This document shows, piece after piece, positions 40,250 to 49,659 of a stretch of DNA of 64,000 nucleotides. Origin of the DNA: Candidatus Poseidoniaceae archaeon (GTDB lineage: Archaea > Thermoplasmatota > Poseidoniia > Poseidoniales > Poseidoniaceae); contig JAPKFC010000002.1 of assembly GCA_028821785.1 (NCBI GenBank), positions 2,929 to 66,928 on the forward strand. Direction: 5' to 3'. The position numbers and the translations under genes were made by a program. Each line of letters begins with the position of its first letter. The stretch's first letter is position 1. The notes below the pieces were generated by a model. That model made no database searches, was not told the DNA's origin, and saw nothing but the letters and a program-made list of their open reading frames with translations.

Positions 40250-40996
40250 TTACTCTTCTTCTGAATATGTGATGCTTTCATCATCATCTAATTCCATCAT
40301 TAACTCAACACCTTCTAAATCTTCAGGGTCAACTTGAGAAGCGCGCATTCTTCTATTGCGCTTATTACTCAAATCCGCAAGACCAGGCACTAGGTTTTCA
40401 AACACAGTTTCACCAGACACTTCGCCTTTAATTTCGATACTATCCAAACTACGGCTAGCTAATTTTGACCTACGTCTGTCCTTTTCTAGGAAGTTCAAAA
40501 CTGTACCATGCTCAGCACCACCGGCAATCATTTCAATCGCAACTCTTGCTGCTGCCAATCCTTCTTCATGACCTACTAAAACAACGGTTGACTTGTAAAT
40601 AGTGATTTCAGTATTTGTTAATCCTTCAATCAACTTTCTGATTTTCCCTTCGCTTCCGATAATTCTAGCGCGAATTCTCCGTTGTTGATTTGCTCTTTTA
40701 CCAACGTATCCACGCAATTCAACCAACTCAAAGAAGTGGTCATCTTGGAGTAATCTAATCGCTGCCATAGGCGCCATTCCTCTACCGATTGCTTTGATAA
40801 CATCTGGTAATTTCATTGCCTTAACCGGATCGTAAGAACCAGGTTCGCCCCAAAGAACCTCTACATCACCTGTCTCGGAATCAATTTTGAACTCCTTACA
40901 GCCTGAAGCCTTATGCAATGACCTTGCAGTAACCCCTTTTACTCCAATAAGAACCGCAATACGGCCTTGCGGGACACGAGGAAGAGATTGGCGCAT
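40250..40996 (-). CDS. KH-domain pre-rRNA processing protein (Dim2/Pno1/Krr1 family)
   Basis: RIAVLIGVKG, VIKAIGRG, RIRARIIGSEGK, GAEHGTV. Confidence 0.9.
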   Translation of the reverse strand: MRQSLPRVPQGRIAVLIGVKGVTARSLHKASGCKEFKIDSETGDVEVLWGEPGSYDPVKAMKLPDVIKAIGRGMAPMAAIRLLQDDHFFELVELRGYVGKRANQQRRIRARIIGSEGKIRKLIEGLTNTEITIYKSTVVLVGHEEGLAAARVAIEMIAGGAEHGTVLNFLEKDRRRSKLASRSLDSIEIKGEVSGETVFENLVPGLADLSNKRNRRMRASQVDPEDLEGVELMMELDDDESITYSEEE

Positions 40997-41022
40997 AAGG
41001 CGAGGCTACCGCCTCCCTCATT

Positions 41023-42840
41023 TCAAGCGTTGGTTCTTCTTTGGAGGTATGAAATCGCGATTCCAGCGAATAATAGTGCGATTATTGAGGGTGCGAAAGA
41101 AGGCACTAACCCCGCACTTGTTATCGCTGCACCAGTGACTACCATGTGATTGTAATTATTTCCTTCATCATACTCATCGACTACATTGGCATAGTCTATC
41201 ACTAAGCGCAAATCGTATTGACCTGTTTTTGGAACTGTATAATTCCATATCATAGATTCAGTAGAATCTGAAAGACTTCCTGAGCCAAGAGTTCTTGCTT
41301 CCATCACCGTCCATTGTACAGTGGAAGAACGATCGGCTGGTGCAGATTCAAGTCTAACTACTACACTACCACCATAGTCCTGATTACTTTCCAAAACACT
41401 GGTTATTGTGACATTTCCAAAACTTTCACCAGGCCTTACCACTAACCTATCCAGATTAGTTTCAGTTTCATTCCAGTACAAGTCTAATCCCGGAAGAATT
41501 TGATATGATGCTGGTGCAGTTGTAATAGAGTTGCCAGCAATATCGTAAACCACTGCTTGAAGCATTAGATGTTGACGAGACTTTGTCGCCCAATTAGATA
41601 ATCCAATAGTGCCATCAAGACCACTGGTACCCAAAGTAATCCACCGTCCAGAAAGGTCGGGTGTTTGCCCAACTCCATTAGAGTCAAATCCATATTGAAT
41701 ATATGAGGCAGTTGTATCAATTCCAGATTGTCCATCAATGGCGCTGAAGGAAACATTGGCACCACCGACTTTACTGGTGGTCAATTCATCAACAGTCCAG
41801 CCAATCGCTTCAGGGTCGGTTGCATCGACTCTAATTGTAATCGTATCACTTGGTCCAGTATTTCCTACATTGTCAATTGCTCTAAATGCGATATTATGGA
41901 TTCCTTCAATCATTGTCAAAGTGGTTGAATCATTGTAAACAGAATTCCAAGTAACGCCAATATCATCAGACCATTCAACATGGCTAACACCACTGCCTTG
42001 AGCGTCATCGCTTCCAGAGATTAGACCGGATAGGGTGACAGTAGTACTCTGCTGCCATGAAGAACCATCTCCAATCGATACAGAACCGATACTAGGCCCC
42101 GTTCTATCAATTCCGATGAATATTGTAGAGGAGTTTGAAAGTCCGGAATTATCATAGACAGTTAGCCGAGGGTTCGAAGAACCTTCAGACATATTGCCAC
42201 TAGCCCAATCCCAGCCATAGCTGAGAGTCCCTGGTCCATCTGCAAGCGGAGCACTAGGTCCTGGGGCGTTGGTTAGTGTTGCTCGTTTCAGATCATCATC
42301 AATAGCGCCCCAACGAAATGAAATCGCTTCATTGGATTCAATATTGAACCATGCTCTATCGGTAACGGAATCCCCAGTTCCATAATCAGGATTCAAAACT
42401 TTGAAAATAGTTATTTCGGGAATGTGATTAGCAATATTGAATTCTCCACTGAGTGCGGTTGTTGTATTTGCTACATCATCATCCCATGCAGTAGCTCTTA
42501 GTGTGTAATTGCCATTCGTATACGCAGTCGAATCAAAATGTTTCAACCATGGGGTGCTGGTCAAGTTTGTTACTAGATTCCATGAACCAGAATCTAATAT
42601 CTCAATTAATATTGAAGAAATATTACCAGTTCCACTCAATGTAAAAGTAAGGGTGTGTAAACCTGTAATGTTGTCATCTACATTTGGTCCATTACTGAAT
42701 GCAATACTTGTATTAGAGGGTGAATTATTTACTATAATCGCATCTGGTAAAGTGCCAATCTCATCATTAGAATTTAATAATGGAGAGACAAGACTAGCGA
42801 GTAGAAAAACAAGTGCGATACTCACTGCCCTCCCCTGCAT
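41023..42840 (-). CDS. secreted Ig-like/CARDB surface protein with C-terminal TM anchor
   Basis: Signal peptide, Ig-like repeats (YTLRATAWD, FRAIDNVGN, VYDIAGN), CARDB-like VDEYDEGNN, C-terminal TM followed by RR. Confidence 0.8.
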   Translation of the reverse strand: MQGRAVSIALVFLLASLVSPLLNSNDEIGTLPDAIIVNNSPSNTSIAFSNGPNVDDNITGLHTLTFTLSGTGNISSILIEILDSGSWNLVTNLTSTPWLKHFDSTAYTNGNYTLRATAWDDDVANTTTALSGEFNIANHIPEITIFKVLNPDYGTGDSVTDRAWFNIESNEAISFRWGAIDDDLKRATLTNAPGPSAPLADGPGTLSYGWDWASGNMSEGSSNPRLTVYDNSGLSNSSTIFIGIDRTGPSIGSVSIGDGSSWQQSTTVTLSGLISGSDDAQGSGVSHVEWSDDIGVTWNSVYNDSTTLTMIEGIHNIAFRAIDNVGNTGPSDTITIRVDATDPEAIGWTVDELTTSKVGGANVSFSAIDGQSGIDTTASYIQYGFDSNGVGQTPDLSGRWITLGTSGLDGTIGLSNWATKSRQHLMLQAVVYDIAGNSITTAPASYQILPGLDLYWNETETNLDRLVVRPGESFGNVTITSVLESNQDYGGSVVVRLESAPADRSSTVQWTVMEARTLGSGSLSDSTESMIWNYTVPKTGQYDLRLVIDYANVVDEYDEGNNYNHMVVTGAAITSAGLVPSFAPSIIALLFAGIAISYLQRRTNA

Positions 42841-43045
42841 ACTCTAGAGACGTTCGGGCTCAGCCTTCAATGCTACCCCTAGAAATGCTTCTTTTGACGA
42901 TTAAGTGAAGGTTACAATCTTTACCAACATCATAATTCCATAGCATCGTATGTATTTTGGCGAGCCAAAGAATCTCCAACACTTGGCAACTATAGGCATA
43001 GATTTGAGATGGGTTCAAGTGCTACGCAATACCACGCTTAGATAC

Positions 43046-45838
43046 ATGGCGAAAGAGTTGAAGTCCATACTGGTCGTAGTATTGTTGGCTCTGACAATAA
43101 TTCCTCTCTCAGTTTCGGCGGAAACTAGTGGTGGCATTCAGGCCTCACCATCTACTTTGAGTATATTGCCGACCTCTCCCCAAGCCGGTGACTCAATCAC
43201 TATTTTGCTAACACTTTACAACTCTCAACAATCCGATGCTTTCAATGTAGAATACTCCTTTTTCAAGGATGAAATAAGTTCTGAGAAGAGGATTGTAACG
43301 AATACTGTCAATATCCTCGGTGGATCAACTGCTGATGTTAGTGCAACATGGAATTCACTAACTGAAGGAACTCACAAAGTGTGGGTTACATTTTCTCATA
43401 ACGGTGATACTGAGGCATCATTTTACCTAGAGTTCGTAGTGACGGGGTTACCAAACCTGCAAATTGCTGAAACGGCATTATCTCCTGCAACTGATATTAA
43501 ATCCGGAGAGACGGTTACAGCATCAACTCGTATTACCAATACTGGTAGCGTTAATGCATCAGCCAGCACTCTTCATTTTTCAACATCCAGCGGTGAACAA
43601 CAATTTTTGCCAACTCCAGCAATAACCGCAGGTCAATCACAATGGGTTAACACCACATTTATTGCACCACAAAGTGGAACTCATACCATCTATCTCAATC
43701 CCGATTATTATGAAGAAATACACGAAGCATCTGAGATAAACAAAATTGTTGAACAATCTTTGTTAGTTGAGACCAGAATGGATGTCTATCATATTGGAGA
43801 CCTGACGATAAGTGTTGAAGAAGACGATTTAGAAGGCCCATGGACCATTGAAGGAACGCTGGGTAGAACCAATGGAACTGGAACTACTGAAGTCCAACTA
43901 CGTCTAGAGATTCCAACCGATAATGGTGGATTGCTAATGATGCCTCCATTTACTGTAAATCTCTCAGGCGCAGGATATGCAGAAAAGTCATGGAGTCAAG
44001 TACTGACGATTAATGATCTAGCTTCATTGAGCGATGGTCCTCATATTGTGACGGCACAAATAGACCCATTCAATTCAGGTAACTTCGTTCAAGAATCAAC
44101 AGATAATGATAGAACATCAGGCCAGATATCCATTTATCCAATTCCAGATATTTTTGTCGATGGAGATGCAATACCTTCTTCTTCATCGATTGCTTCAGGT
44201 GAAGATGTAACCTGGAGAGTTAGTATTTCCAATGTAGGAGATATCCAAGTGCGAGGAAGAATAGTTTACACTTGGGAAGGCGTCCAAAGTCAATCAGACT
44301 GGATCTATATCGATGCAAGTGCAACCCAACCATGGGATATTACATTGACCACATTAATCGGTTCACACTCAGCAGAATTTGAAGCACAATGGGTCCCACA
44401 TACAACCAGTTGGGATAGTAATCCATTGAATAGTCTGGCTACAGGTAGTATTTCTGTTGAGGCTCCATTGCGGTTGCAATGGGTCTATACATCTATTTCA
44501 TTGACTGATATAACTGGAAATACCGCCTCACAACCGTTGCAAGGCGGAGATTCATACACATTGTCAATTAATATGACGAGTATTGAAACTGGTAATGTGT
44601 CATTCGATTGTAAAGATGGTTCTGGAACTTTGTTAGAGACAATGTTTGTAACTATAGAAGAGAGAGGAGACAGAGCCTCAGTTTCCTGTAACTTCGTCGC
44701 TTCATCGCCAATTAGCACACTCCGAATTTCACCATCTGACATCACAGTTACTAGTACGTTTACGCGTGCCTTCCCAACTGTTGCTACCGATGATGGTGCA
44801 ACAGATGCTGAAACATCCGCTAAGGGTACAATGGTTTTGCTTGGAGGCGGTGTTCTTGGGTTGATCGCATTACTAGTAGTGGCATATATTCTTACCAGAG
44901 AAAGAGAAGAAGAAGTGGAAAGAGATATTTTCGATTATTGCCCATCATGTGATGGTGAATTAGAAGGGGTCGAAGACCGCTGTCCACATTGCTCATTCAA
45001 CCTTAAGAAAGCAAGAAAGCAATTCCATGATTGTCATGAATGTTCAGAATCTATTCCAGATTTGATGGAAGATTGCCCGTATTGTGGTGCTAAGCAAGAT
45101 GTGTCGTCATTCTTTGAGCAACGTCAAAGAAGAGTTGTAGAGGAGAAAGAACTTATTCCTATTGAGGAAGAGGATGATGAAGATGAAATTGTTACAGGAA
45201 CAGAAGACTTTGCATCGACAGTTCAAGAATTTGGTTATGATGAAGATGATCTCGGGCAAGAATGGGATAAGAATTTGAAGAGTGCTGAGGAAGAAGTTGA
45301 AGCTGCATACGATAGAAAACATGCAGATGAATTAGCGCTTGAAGGCCTCACAGAAGAAGAGATTGAAGAATTGAAGAGCGAGGTTACAACGACACTCACG
45401 AGCGCTAAAGATGCCGCAGTTGGTGTCGGAATTGACGAGATGCTCGGAGGTCGTGAACTCCATGCGCACTTGGATGATGGAGAAGATCTATCGGCAAGTG
45501 ATGCAGGAATTAGAGAGCAAATATTCAATGTTACAGGTGAAGATGGAGTTCTACCAGGAGACAAGTTTGAAGTTGGAATGAGTGCAACCGATAATTCATT
45601 AGCAGGAAATGAGGTTAAAGATTCAACAACAGATTTCTCCTTTGAAGAGGATGATGCACCACTTTCAGCATCGACTATGTCCGATGCAGAAGTTGCAACT
45701 GCAAGGGAGGCGAAGAAGCCAAAACGCCGCGCCACTAAGCGAAGAGAAGATGCCTCGCAAGTAGCCGAATGTGGAGCATGTGGAGCAGATATTCCAGTTG
45801 AAGCCAATGAATGTGGTACTTGCGGTGCAAAGTTCTAA
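43046..45838 (+). CDS. CARDB-repeat surface protein with TM, cytoplasmic multi-CxxC zinc ribbons and acidic region
   Basis: Signal peptide, CARDB-like repeats, TM, CPSC/CPHC/CHEC/CPYC, acidic stretch, terminal CGAC...CGTC. Confidence 0.8.
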   Translation: MAKELKSILVVVLLALTIIPLSVSAETSGGIQASPSTLSILPTSPQAGDSITILLTLYNSQQSDAFNVEYSFFKDEISSEKRIVTNTVNILGGSTADVSATWNSLTEGTHKVWVTFSHNGDTEASFYLEFVVTGLPNLQIAETALSPATDIKSGETVTASTRITNTGSVNASASTLHFSTSSGEQQFLPTPAITAGQSQWVNTTFIAPQSGTHTIYLNPDYYEEIHEASEINKIVEQSLLVETRMDVYHIGDLTISVEEDDLEGPWTIEGTLGRTNGTGTTEVQLRLEIPTDNGGLLMMPPFTVNLSGAGYAEKSWSQVLTINDLASLSDGPHIVTAQIDPFNSGNFVQESTDNDRTSGQISIYPIPDIFVDGDAIPSSSSIASGEDVTWRVSISNVGDIQVRGRIVYTWEGVQSQSDWIYIDASATQPWDITLTTLIGSHSAEFEAQWVPHTTSWDSNPLNSLATGSISVEAPLRLQWVYTSISLTDITGNTASQPLQGGDSYTLSINMTSIETGNVSFDCKDGSGTLLETMFVTIEERGDRASVSCNFVASSPISTLRISPSDITVTSTFTRAFPTVATDDGATDAETSAKGTMVLLGGGVLGLIALLVVAYILTREREEEVERDIFDYCPSCDGELEGVEDRCPHCSFNLKKARKQFHDCHECSESIPDLMEDCPYCGAKQDVSSFFEQRQRRVVEEKELIPIEEEDDEDEIVTGTEDFASTVQEFGYDEDDLGQEWDKNLKSAEEEVEAAYDRKHADELALEGLTEEEIEELKSEVTTTLTSAKDAAVGVGIDEMLGGRELHAHLDDGEDLSASDAGIREQIFNVTGEDGVLPGDKFEVGMSATDNSLAGNEVKDSTTDFSFEEDDAPLSASTMSDAEVATAREAKKPKRRATKRREDASQVAECGACGADIPVEANECGTCGAKF

Positions 45839-45870
45839 TGAACTGGGTATTGATTGAATGAATTGAATGT

Positions 45871-45933
45871 GCCCGTCGGCTTTCATAGGGTTCGTCATCG
45901 CTTTCGCTCGGCCACCATGTGCGTCATCCAGGC
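45871..45933 (-). ncRNA. box C/D 2'-O-methylation guide sRNA (sR-tMet-like)
   Basis: Minus strand GCCT-GGATGA(C)-CGCACATGGTGG-CCGA(D')-GCGAAAGC-GATGA(C')-CGAACCCTATGAAAG-CCGA(D)-CGGGC with terminal stem; TTTGAA TATA-like element about 25-30 nt upstream. Confidence 0.8.
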
Positions 45934-46013
45934 GATTTGAACCAATCCACTACTTGCCTTCAAAGTGCCTCAAGCGAGGGAGGTATTGAAAACAAAAGAG
46001 GGATTGGCTATAT

Positions 46014-46568
46014 TTGATGCAACAAAGAGTATTGGCAATGCTTGTGGTTTTGACAATGTTGTTGACATCAACTGTTGGTTGCTTGGGTTTGATTCCAGCC
46101 CGTGAGGCGGTTGAGGGGTTTAGAGAACCAGCAGAAGATGATTTGACCTATCAAAAGATAGATGTCTCACACACCTATACTTCCCTGGAAATACAGCCCT
46201 ATACAAACAAATCCATATTTGTTGTAGATCATTCTGTTACTGAAATTTCGATTTATTTCAAGGCATCATTTACATTCTCTGACATATTTCCACAAATTGA
46301 AAATAATACGAGATATGTTAGAGCAACATTAACTGATTCTGAAGGAGTAATCCAATGGTCTGTTGATGTCAGTTCAGATTCAGCACCGATTGAAGAAAAA
46401 CTTGAACCTAATCCTACATTTACCAAGGGTGATTGGGTATTAGATGTTGAAGCGAGAGGCATTGGTGAAGAGACGCTAGGATTAATTCATGATAATTTCA
46501 ATATTCAATTGACCATTACACAGAGATGCGTCCAATATCCAATGGAAAAATCTTGTTCAGCAGATTGA
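46014..46568 (+). CDS. putative lipoprotein / secreted beta-sandwich protein
   Basis: Hydrophobic signal ending in lipobox-like TVGC. Confidence 0.7.
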   Translation: MMQQRVLAMLVVLTMLLTSTVGCLGLIPAREAVEGFREPAEDDLTYQKIDVSHTYTSLEIQPYTNKSIFVVDHSVTEISIYFKASFTFSDIFPQIENNTRYVRATLTDSEGVIQWSVDVSSDSAPIEEKLEPNPTFTKGDWVLDVEARGIGEETLGLIHDNFNIQLTITQRCVQYPMEKSCSAD

Positions 46569-46569
46569 A

Positions 46570-47757
46570 TCAAGCCAATGCTTCAGAGCATGCATAATTG
46601 CGTGAGCAGTTTTTACATTTACCTGGCCTTTCATGGTTTCTTTTGGCATCGTTGTGGACCATCAATCTCTGGACTTCAGCAATAGCATCGAACAACATTT
46701 CTTTATTCCCATCATCCCATGAGATTTGATGCAAATCCTCATTTCCATATCTCAGAACCCCATAAGGAGCGGGTCTTTTAGTATTAATTTCTACTAAATG
46801 CAAATACGCCAAGACTTGTATCTTGTGAGAGCGGTGAGGGTGTTTTGGGACTCTTCCTGTTTTCTGTTCCACCGGAATAAACTCACCATCTACAATCACT
46901 ATCTGGTCTGGTCTTCCTCGAAGGCCGGTTATTGGATCTTTCAATAGACTCGAAGAATCTTCATTATCAGAATATGCAATTTCTGTATTTTCTTGCAAAC
47001 CAACAATTTCCCTTGCGATTTCTAATGCGTTTTCTACGAGCAGGGCTTTTTGCAATTGCCAAGAAGCGATCAGTGTCCAAGCCATTGCCAATATAGCCAA
47101 CAAGAAACCTGCTTGACTTTTGTTCTCTGCACCTACTAGGGCGATTGAATGCAGAGCCAATGCTATTGCAGACAGAAATAATGAGGCCTCTACTCGACCC
47201 GCTTCAAACCATCCACCGATAAAACCTTGAGGCTGTAATACCGATTCAATATGATATGTGTCATCTGCATGAAAATTGCTTTTTGATTTTGCAATAGTAT
47301 TCGTCCATCCAATCCATTCTCTCCATGGCAGATAAACTGCCACAACTCCAGTAATTAGAAGAGATAATGCCCAGAGTGCCAAATATCTAGCAATCGACAA
47401 AGGGGTGTGAATAACATCGTCTATCAATGAAAAAACAATAGCATCTATGATGAAAACTAAGATAACAGCAAACCACCATGACCAGATGACCATAGCCATT
47501 CGCAATTTTGCGTGTTTCTCTTGATAGTCTTTCACTTGGCCATGAATTGTGGCGTGTTTTTCGACTCCAGCTGTAATTGCTTCACCTTGGCCACGTTTCC
47601 CTTCTCGCGCTAGCGACCAAGAGAGAGGACAATATTCGTGGCGTTCCAAATCGCTGGCACTAACTCTTAACGGTTCACCATTTTGTAATCGCCAAACACC
47701 GTCCTCGTGGCGTTCAGCACCACTAAATTGGTCTGATTTAGGAGAATCTTGAGCCAT
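46570..47757 (-). CDS. solo Cas4/Dna2-like PD-(D/E)xK Fe-S nuclease with internal four-TM insertion
   Basis: SASDL..YCP, G..H, LRGRPD, VEQKT, QVLAY, C-terminal CKNCSRNYAC; four hydrophobic helices between the N-terminal Cys and the catalytic core. Confidence 0.85.
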   Translation of the reverse strand: MAQDSPKSDQFSGAERHEDGVWRLQNGEPLRVSASDLERHEYCPLSWSLAREGKRGQGEAITAGVEKHATIHGQVKDYQEKHAKLRMAMVIWSWWFAVILVFIIDAIVFSLIDDVIHTPLSIARYLALWALSLLITGVVAVYLPWREWIGWTNTIAKSKSNFHADDTYHIESVLQPQGFIGGWFEAGRVEASLFLSAIALALHSIALVGAENKSQAGFLLAILAMAWTLIASWQLQKALLVENALEIAREIVGLQENTEIAYSDNEDSSSLLKDPITGLRGRPDQIVIVDGEFIPVEQKTGRVPKHPHRSHKIQVLAYLHLVEINTKRPAPYGVLRYGNEDLHQISWDDGNKEMLFDAIAEVQRLMVHNDAKRNHERPGKCKNCSRNYACSEALA

Positions 47758-47916
47758 CTTATTTCTCCCCGTAGGCACTGTGGGGGCGGGCTCTTTCTTT
47801 TATTCTCCGCCGTCGCGATTATGATGAATTCACTAAATACAGTAATTCTGTAATTACTAGTCAGTGCGAAGCGGTTTAATATGGGGGTTATGTGGGCGGC
47901 TTGCTGAGGTTTATCT

Positions 47917-48528
47917 ATGTCCGATGAAGAAGCAACATTACTGATACCGTATGAAGACTATGAGGAGAACGCCGTCAATATCGGTACTCAACAGAAAAGT
48001 GCAGATATGAAGCGATTTATTGAACGCGTTCGTGAGGATGGATTATACCTTTTGGATGTCAATATCACCGATGCTCGTATCCGTTCAATCGCTGCCTTCC
48101 TTAATAATTTTGAATCCCCTCGTATAATGGTTGTTTCAGCCCGTCAATACGGACAAAGGCCAGCCCGCCTTTTCTCAGAAGCAATCGGTGCAAATTCCGC
48201 AGTCGGTCGCTTTATTCCTGGCTCACTTACCAATCCAGTTCTTCGTTCATACGTCGAACCAGATGTTCTTTTCGTAACAGACCCTGCTGCTGACCAACAA
48301 GCATTGATCGAAGCGGTTAACTCCGGTCTTCCAATCGTAGGAATCGTGGACGCAAATAATAATCTTCGTAATGTTGACATCGCACTTCCTGCAAATAACA
48401 AAGGTCGTCGTTCTCTTGCTCAAATTTACTGGCTACTGGCCCGTGAAGTACTCAAACTTCGTGGAAAAACCACAGATGAAGATTGGGCTAAGGAACAAGA
48501 ACTTGAAGAGTGGCAATCAACTTTCTGA
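47917..48528 (+). CDS. rps2: 30S ribosomal protein S2
   Basis: IGTQQKSADM, GRFIPGSLTNP, EPDVLFVTDP, PANNKGRRSLA. Confidence 0.97.
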   Translation: MSDEEATLLIPYEDYEENAVNIGTQQKSADMKRFIERVREDGLYLLDVNITDARIRSIAAFLNNFESPRIMVVSARQYGQRPARLFSEAIGANSAVGRFIPGSLTNPVLRSYVEPDVLFVTDPAADQQALIEAVNSGLPIVGIVDANNNLRNVDIALPANNKGRRSLAQIYWLLAREVLKLRGKTTDEDWAKEQELEEWQSTF

Positions 48529-48539
48529 GCATTCTTGAA

Positions 48540-48556
48540 TGACTCGAAAAGAGTCA
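48540..48556. terminator. hairpin between convergent rps2 and dus
   Basis: TGACTC-GAAAA-GAGTCA perfect 6-bp inverted repeat. Confidence 0.35.
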
Positions 48557-48596
48557 ACAAACTTGGCATCATCATTATTTGAATGATTTGATTACA

Positions 48597-49643
48597 TTAA
48601 AGTTCTAATTCTTTGTAGGATGAAAGAAAATCTGATGTGGCTTGGGCGAATTCTTCCCCACTTACCTTTCCATGCATAATTGACCTTATTTTTTTAGCGC
48701 TAGGTAACCCTCTAGTAAAGGAGACTGCATGACCGCGTAGATTTTTTAAATTCAAACCAGTAGTTTCTGCTGCCAATTCGATATACCTGTCCCAACACCA
48801 TCTTCTAGTCTCAAATTGCTGACCTACTTTTGATAGAGAGTCCCAATTGCCTTCGTAGTTTTCTATCCAAGGTAATTGGTTTGCATCCATCCATCCCAAC
48901 TCTACTTTCATTTCACCAAAAATGGATGGCCGGCCAATAGCCCCTCTTCCTACCATCAATCCTGCGGCCTGTGTTTGCAATAAGCAGGCGGAAGCAGAAG
49001 CTCCGTCGACAATGTCGCCATTTGCAATTACAGGGACTTCAACCGCTTGAACTGCATTTGCAATATAATCCCAATCCGCTTCACCAGAATACCTTTGCTT
49101 GAGTGTTCTACCATGAATGCACAATCTTTGAACCCCGACATTCTCTAATTCTTTGCAAATTTCAAGTGCATTATTTTCTCCTTGCCCAGTCCCCAGTCTC
49201 ATTTTTGCAGTGACGGGGATATCAATTCTATCAACAATTTGAGAGCACATATCAACCAAACTTTCAGGATCTGCCATCAAAGCAGCCCCAGCACAAATCT
49301 TGGTTACCTTTGGTGCAGGGCAACCAAAATTCAAATCAATAATATCGGCATTATCGCTAAGCATTTCTGCAGCGCGAGCCATATCTTCAGCAACCCCTCC
49401 AAATATTTGAGGAATAAATGGGTCTTCTTCCTCACAGGTTTCCATTCTACTCCAAGACCTTGCCGCTTCACGGGTCAAAGCAGTTGAATTTGTAAATTCG
49501 GTTATAGTAAAATCAGCACCACATTCTTTGGCTAATAGGCGAAATGGTAAATCGGTGACTCCAGCCATTGGTGCAAGAAATAGAGGACGAGCCTCACCAT
49601 CCCATTCACCAGGCTTGGCTGAAATATATTGGCTCATGTTCAT
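48597..49643 (-). CDS. tRNA-dihydrouridine synthase (Dus family)
   Basis: LAPMAGVTD, DLNFGCP, VTAKMR, IHGRT, ANGDI, MVGRGAIG. Confidence 0.93.
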   Translation of the reverse strand: MNMSQYISAKPGEWDGEARPLFLAPMAGVTDLPFRLLAKECGADFTITEFTNSTALTREAARSWSRMETCEEEDPFIPQIFGGVAEDMARAAEMLSDNADIIDLNFGCPAPKVTKICAGAALMADPESLVDMCSQIVDRIDIPVTAKMRLGTGQGENNALEICKELENVGVQRLCIHGRTLKQRYSGEADWDYIANAVQAVEVPVIANGDIVDGASASACLLQTQAAGLMVGRGAIGRPSIFGEMKVELGWMDANQLPWIENYEGNWDSLSKVGQQFETRRWCWDRYIELAAETTGLNLKNLRGHAVSFTRGLPSAKKIRSIMHGKVSGEEFAQATSDFLSSYKELEL

Positions 49644-49659
49644 CCCTCAGTATTTACGC

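Noticed and set aside
45235-45898. Antisense ORFs of 190 aa and 77 aa
   Set aside because: Ser-rich shadow frames of the acidic CARDB protein tail; the shorter one also overlaps the C/D sRNA
46570-47778. CRISPR-Cas locus suggested by the Cas4-like gene
   Set aside because: No cas1/cas2, effector genes or repeat array seen anywhere in the window
47821-47908. ATGATGA box C-like motif in the cas4-like/rps2 intergenic region
   Set aside because: No suitably spaced D'/C'/D boxes or terminal stem; the region is a divergent promoter
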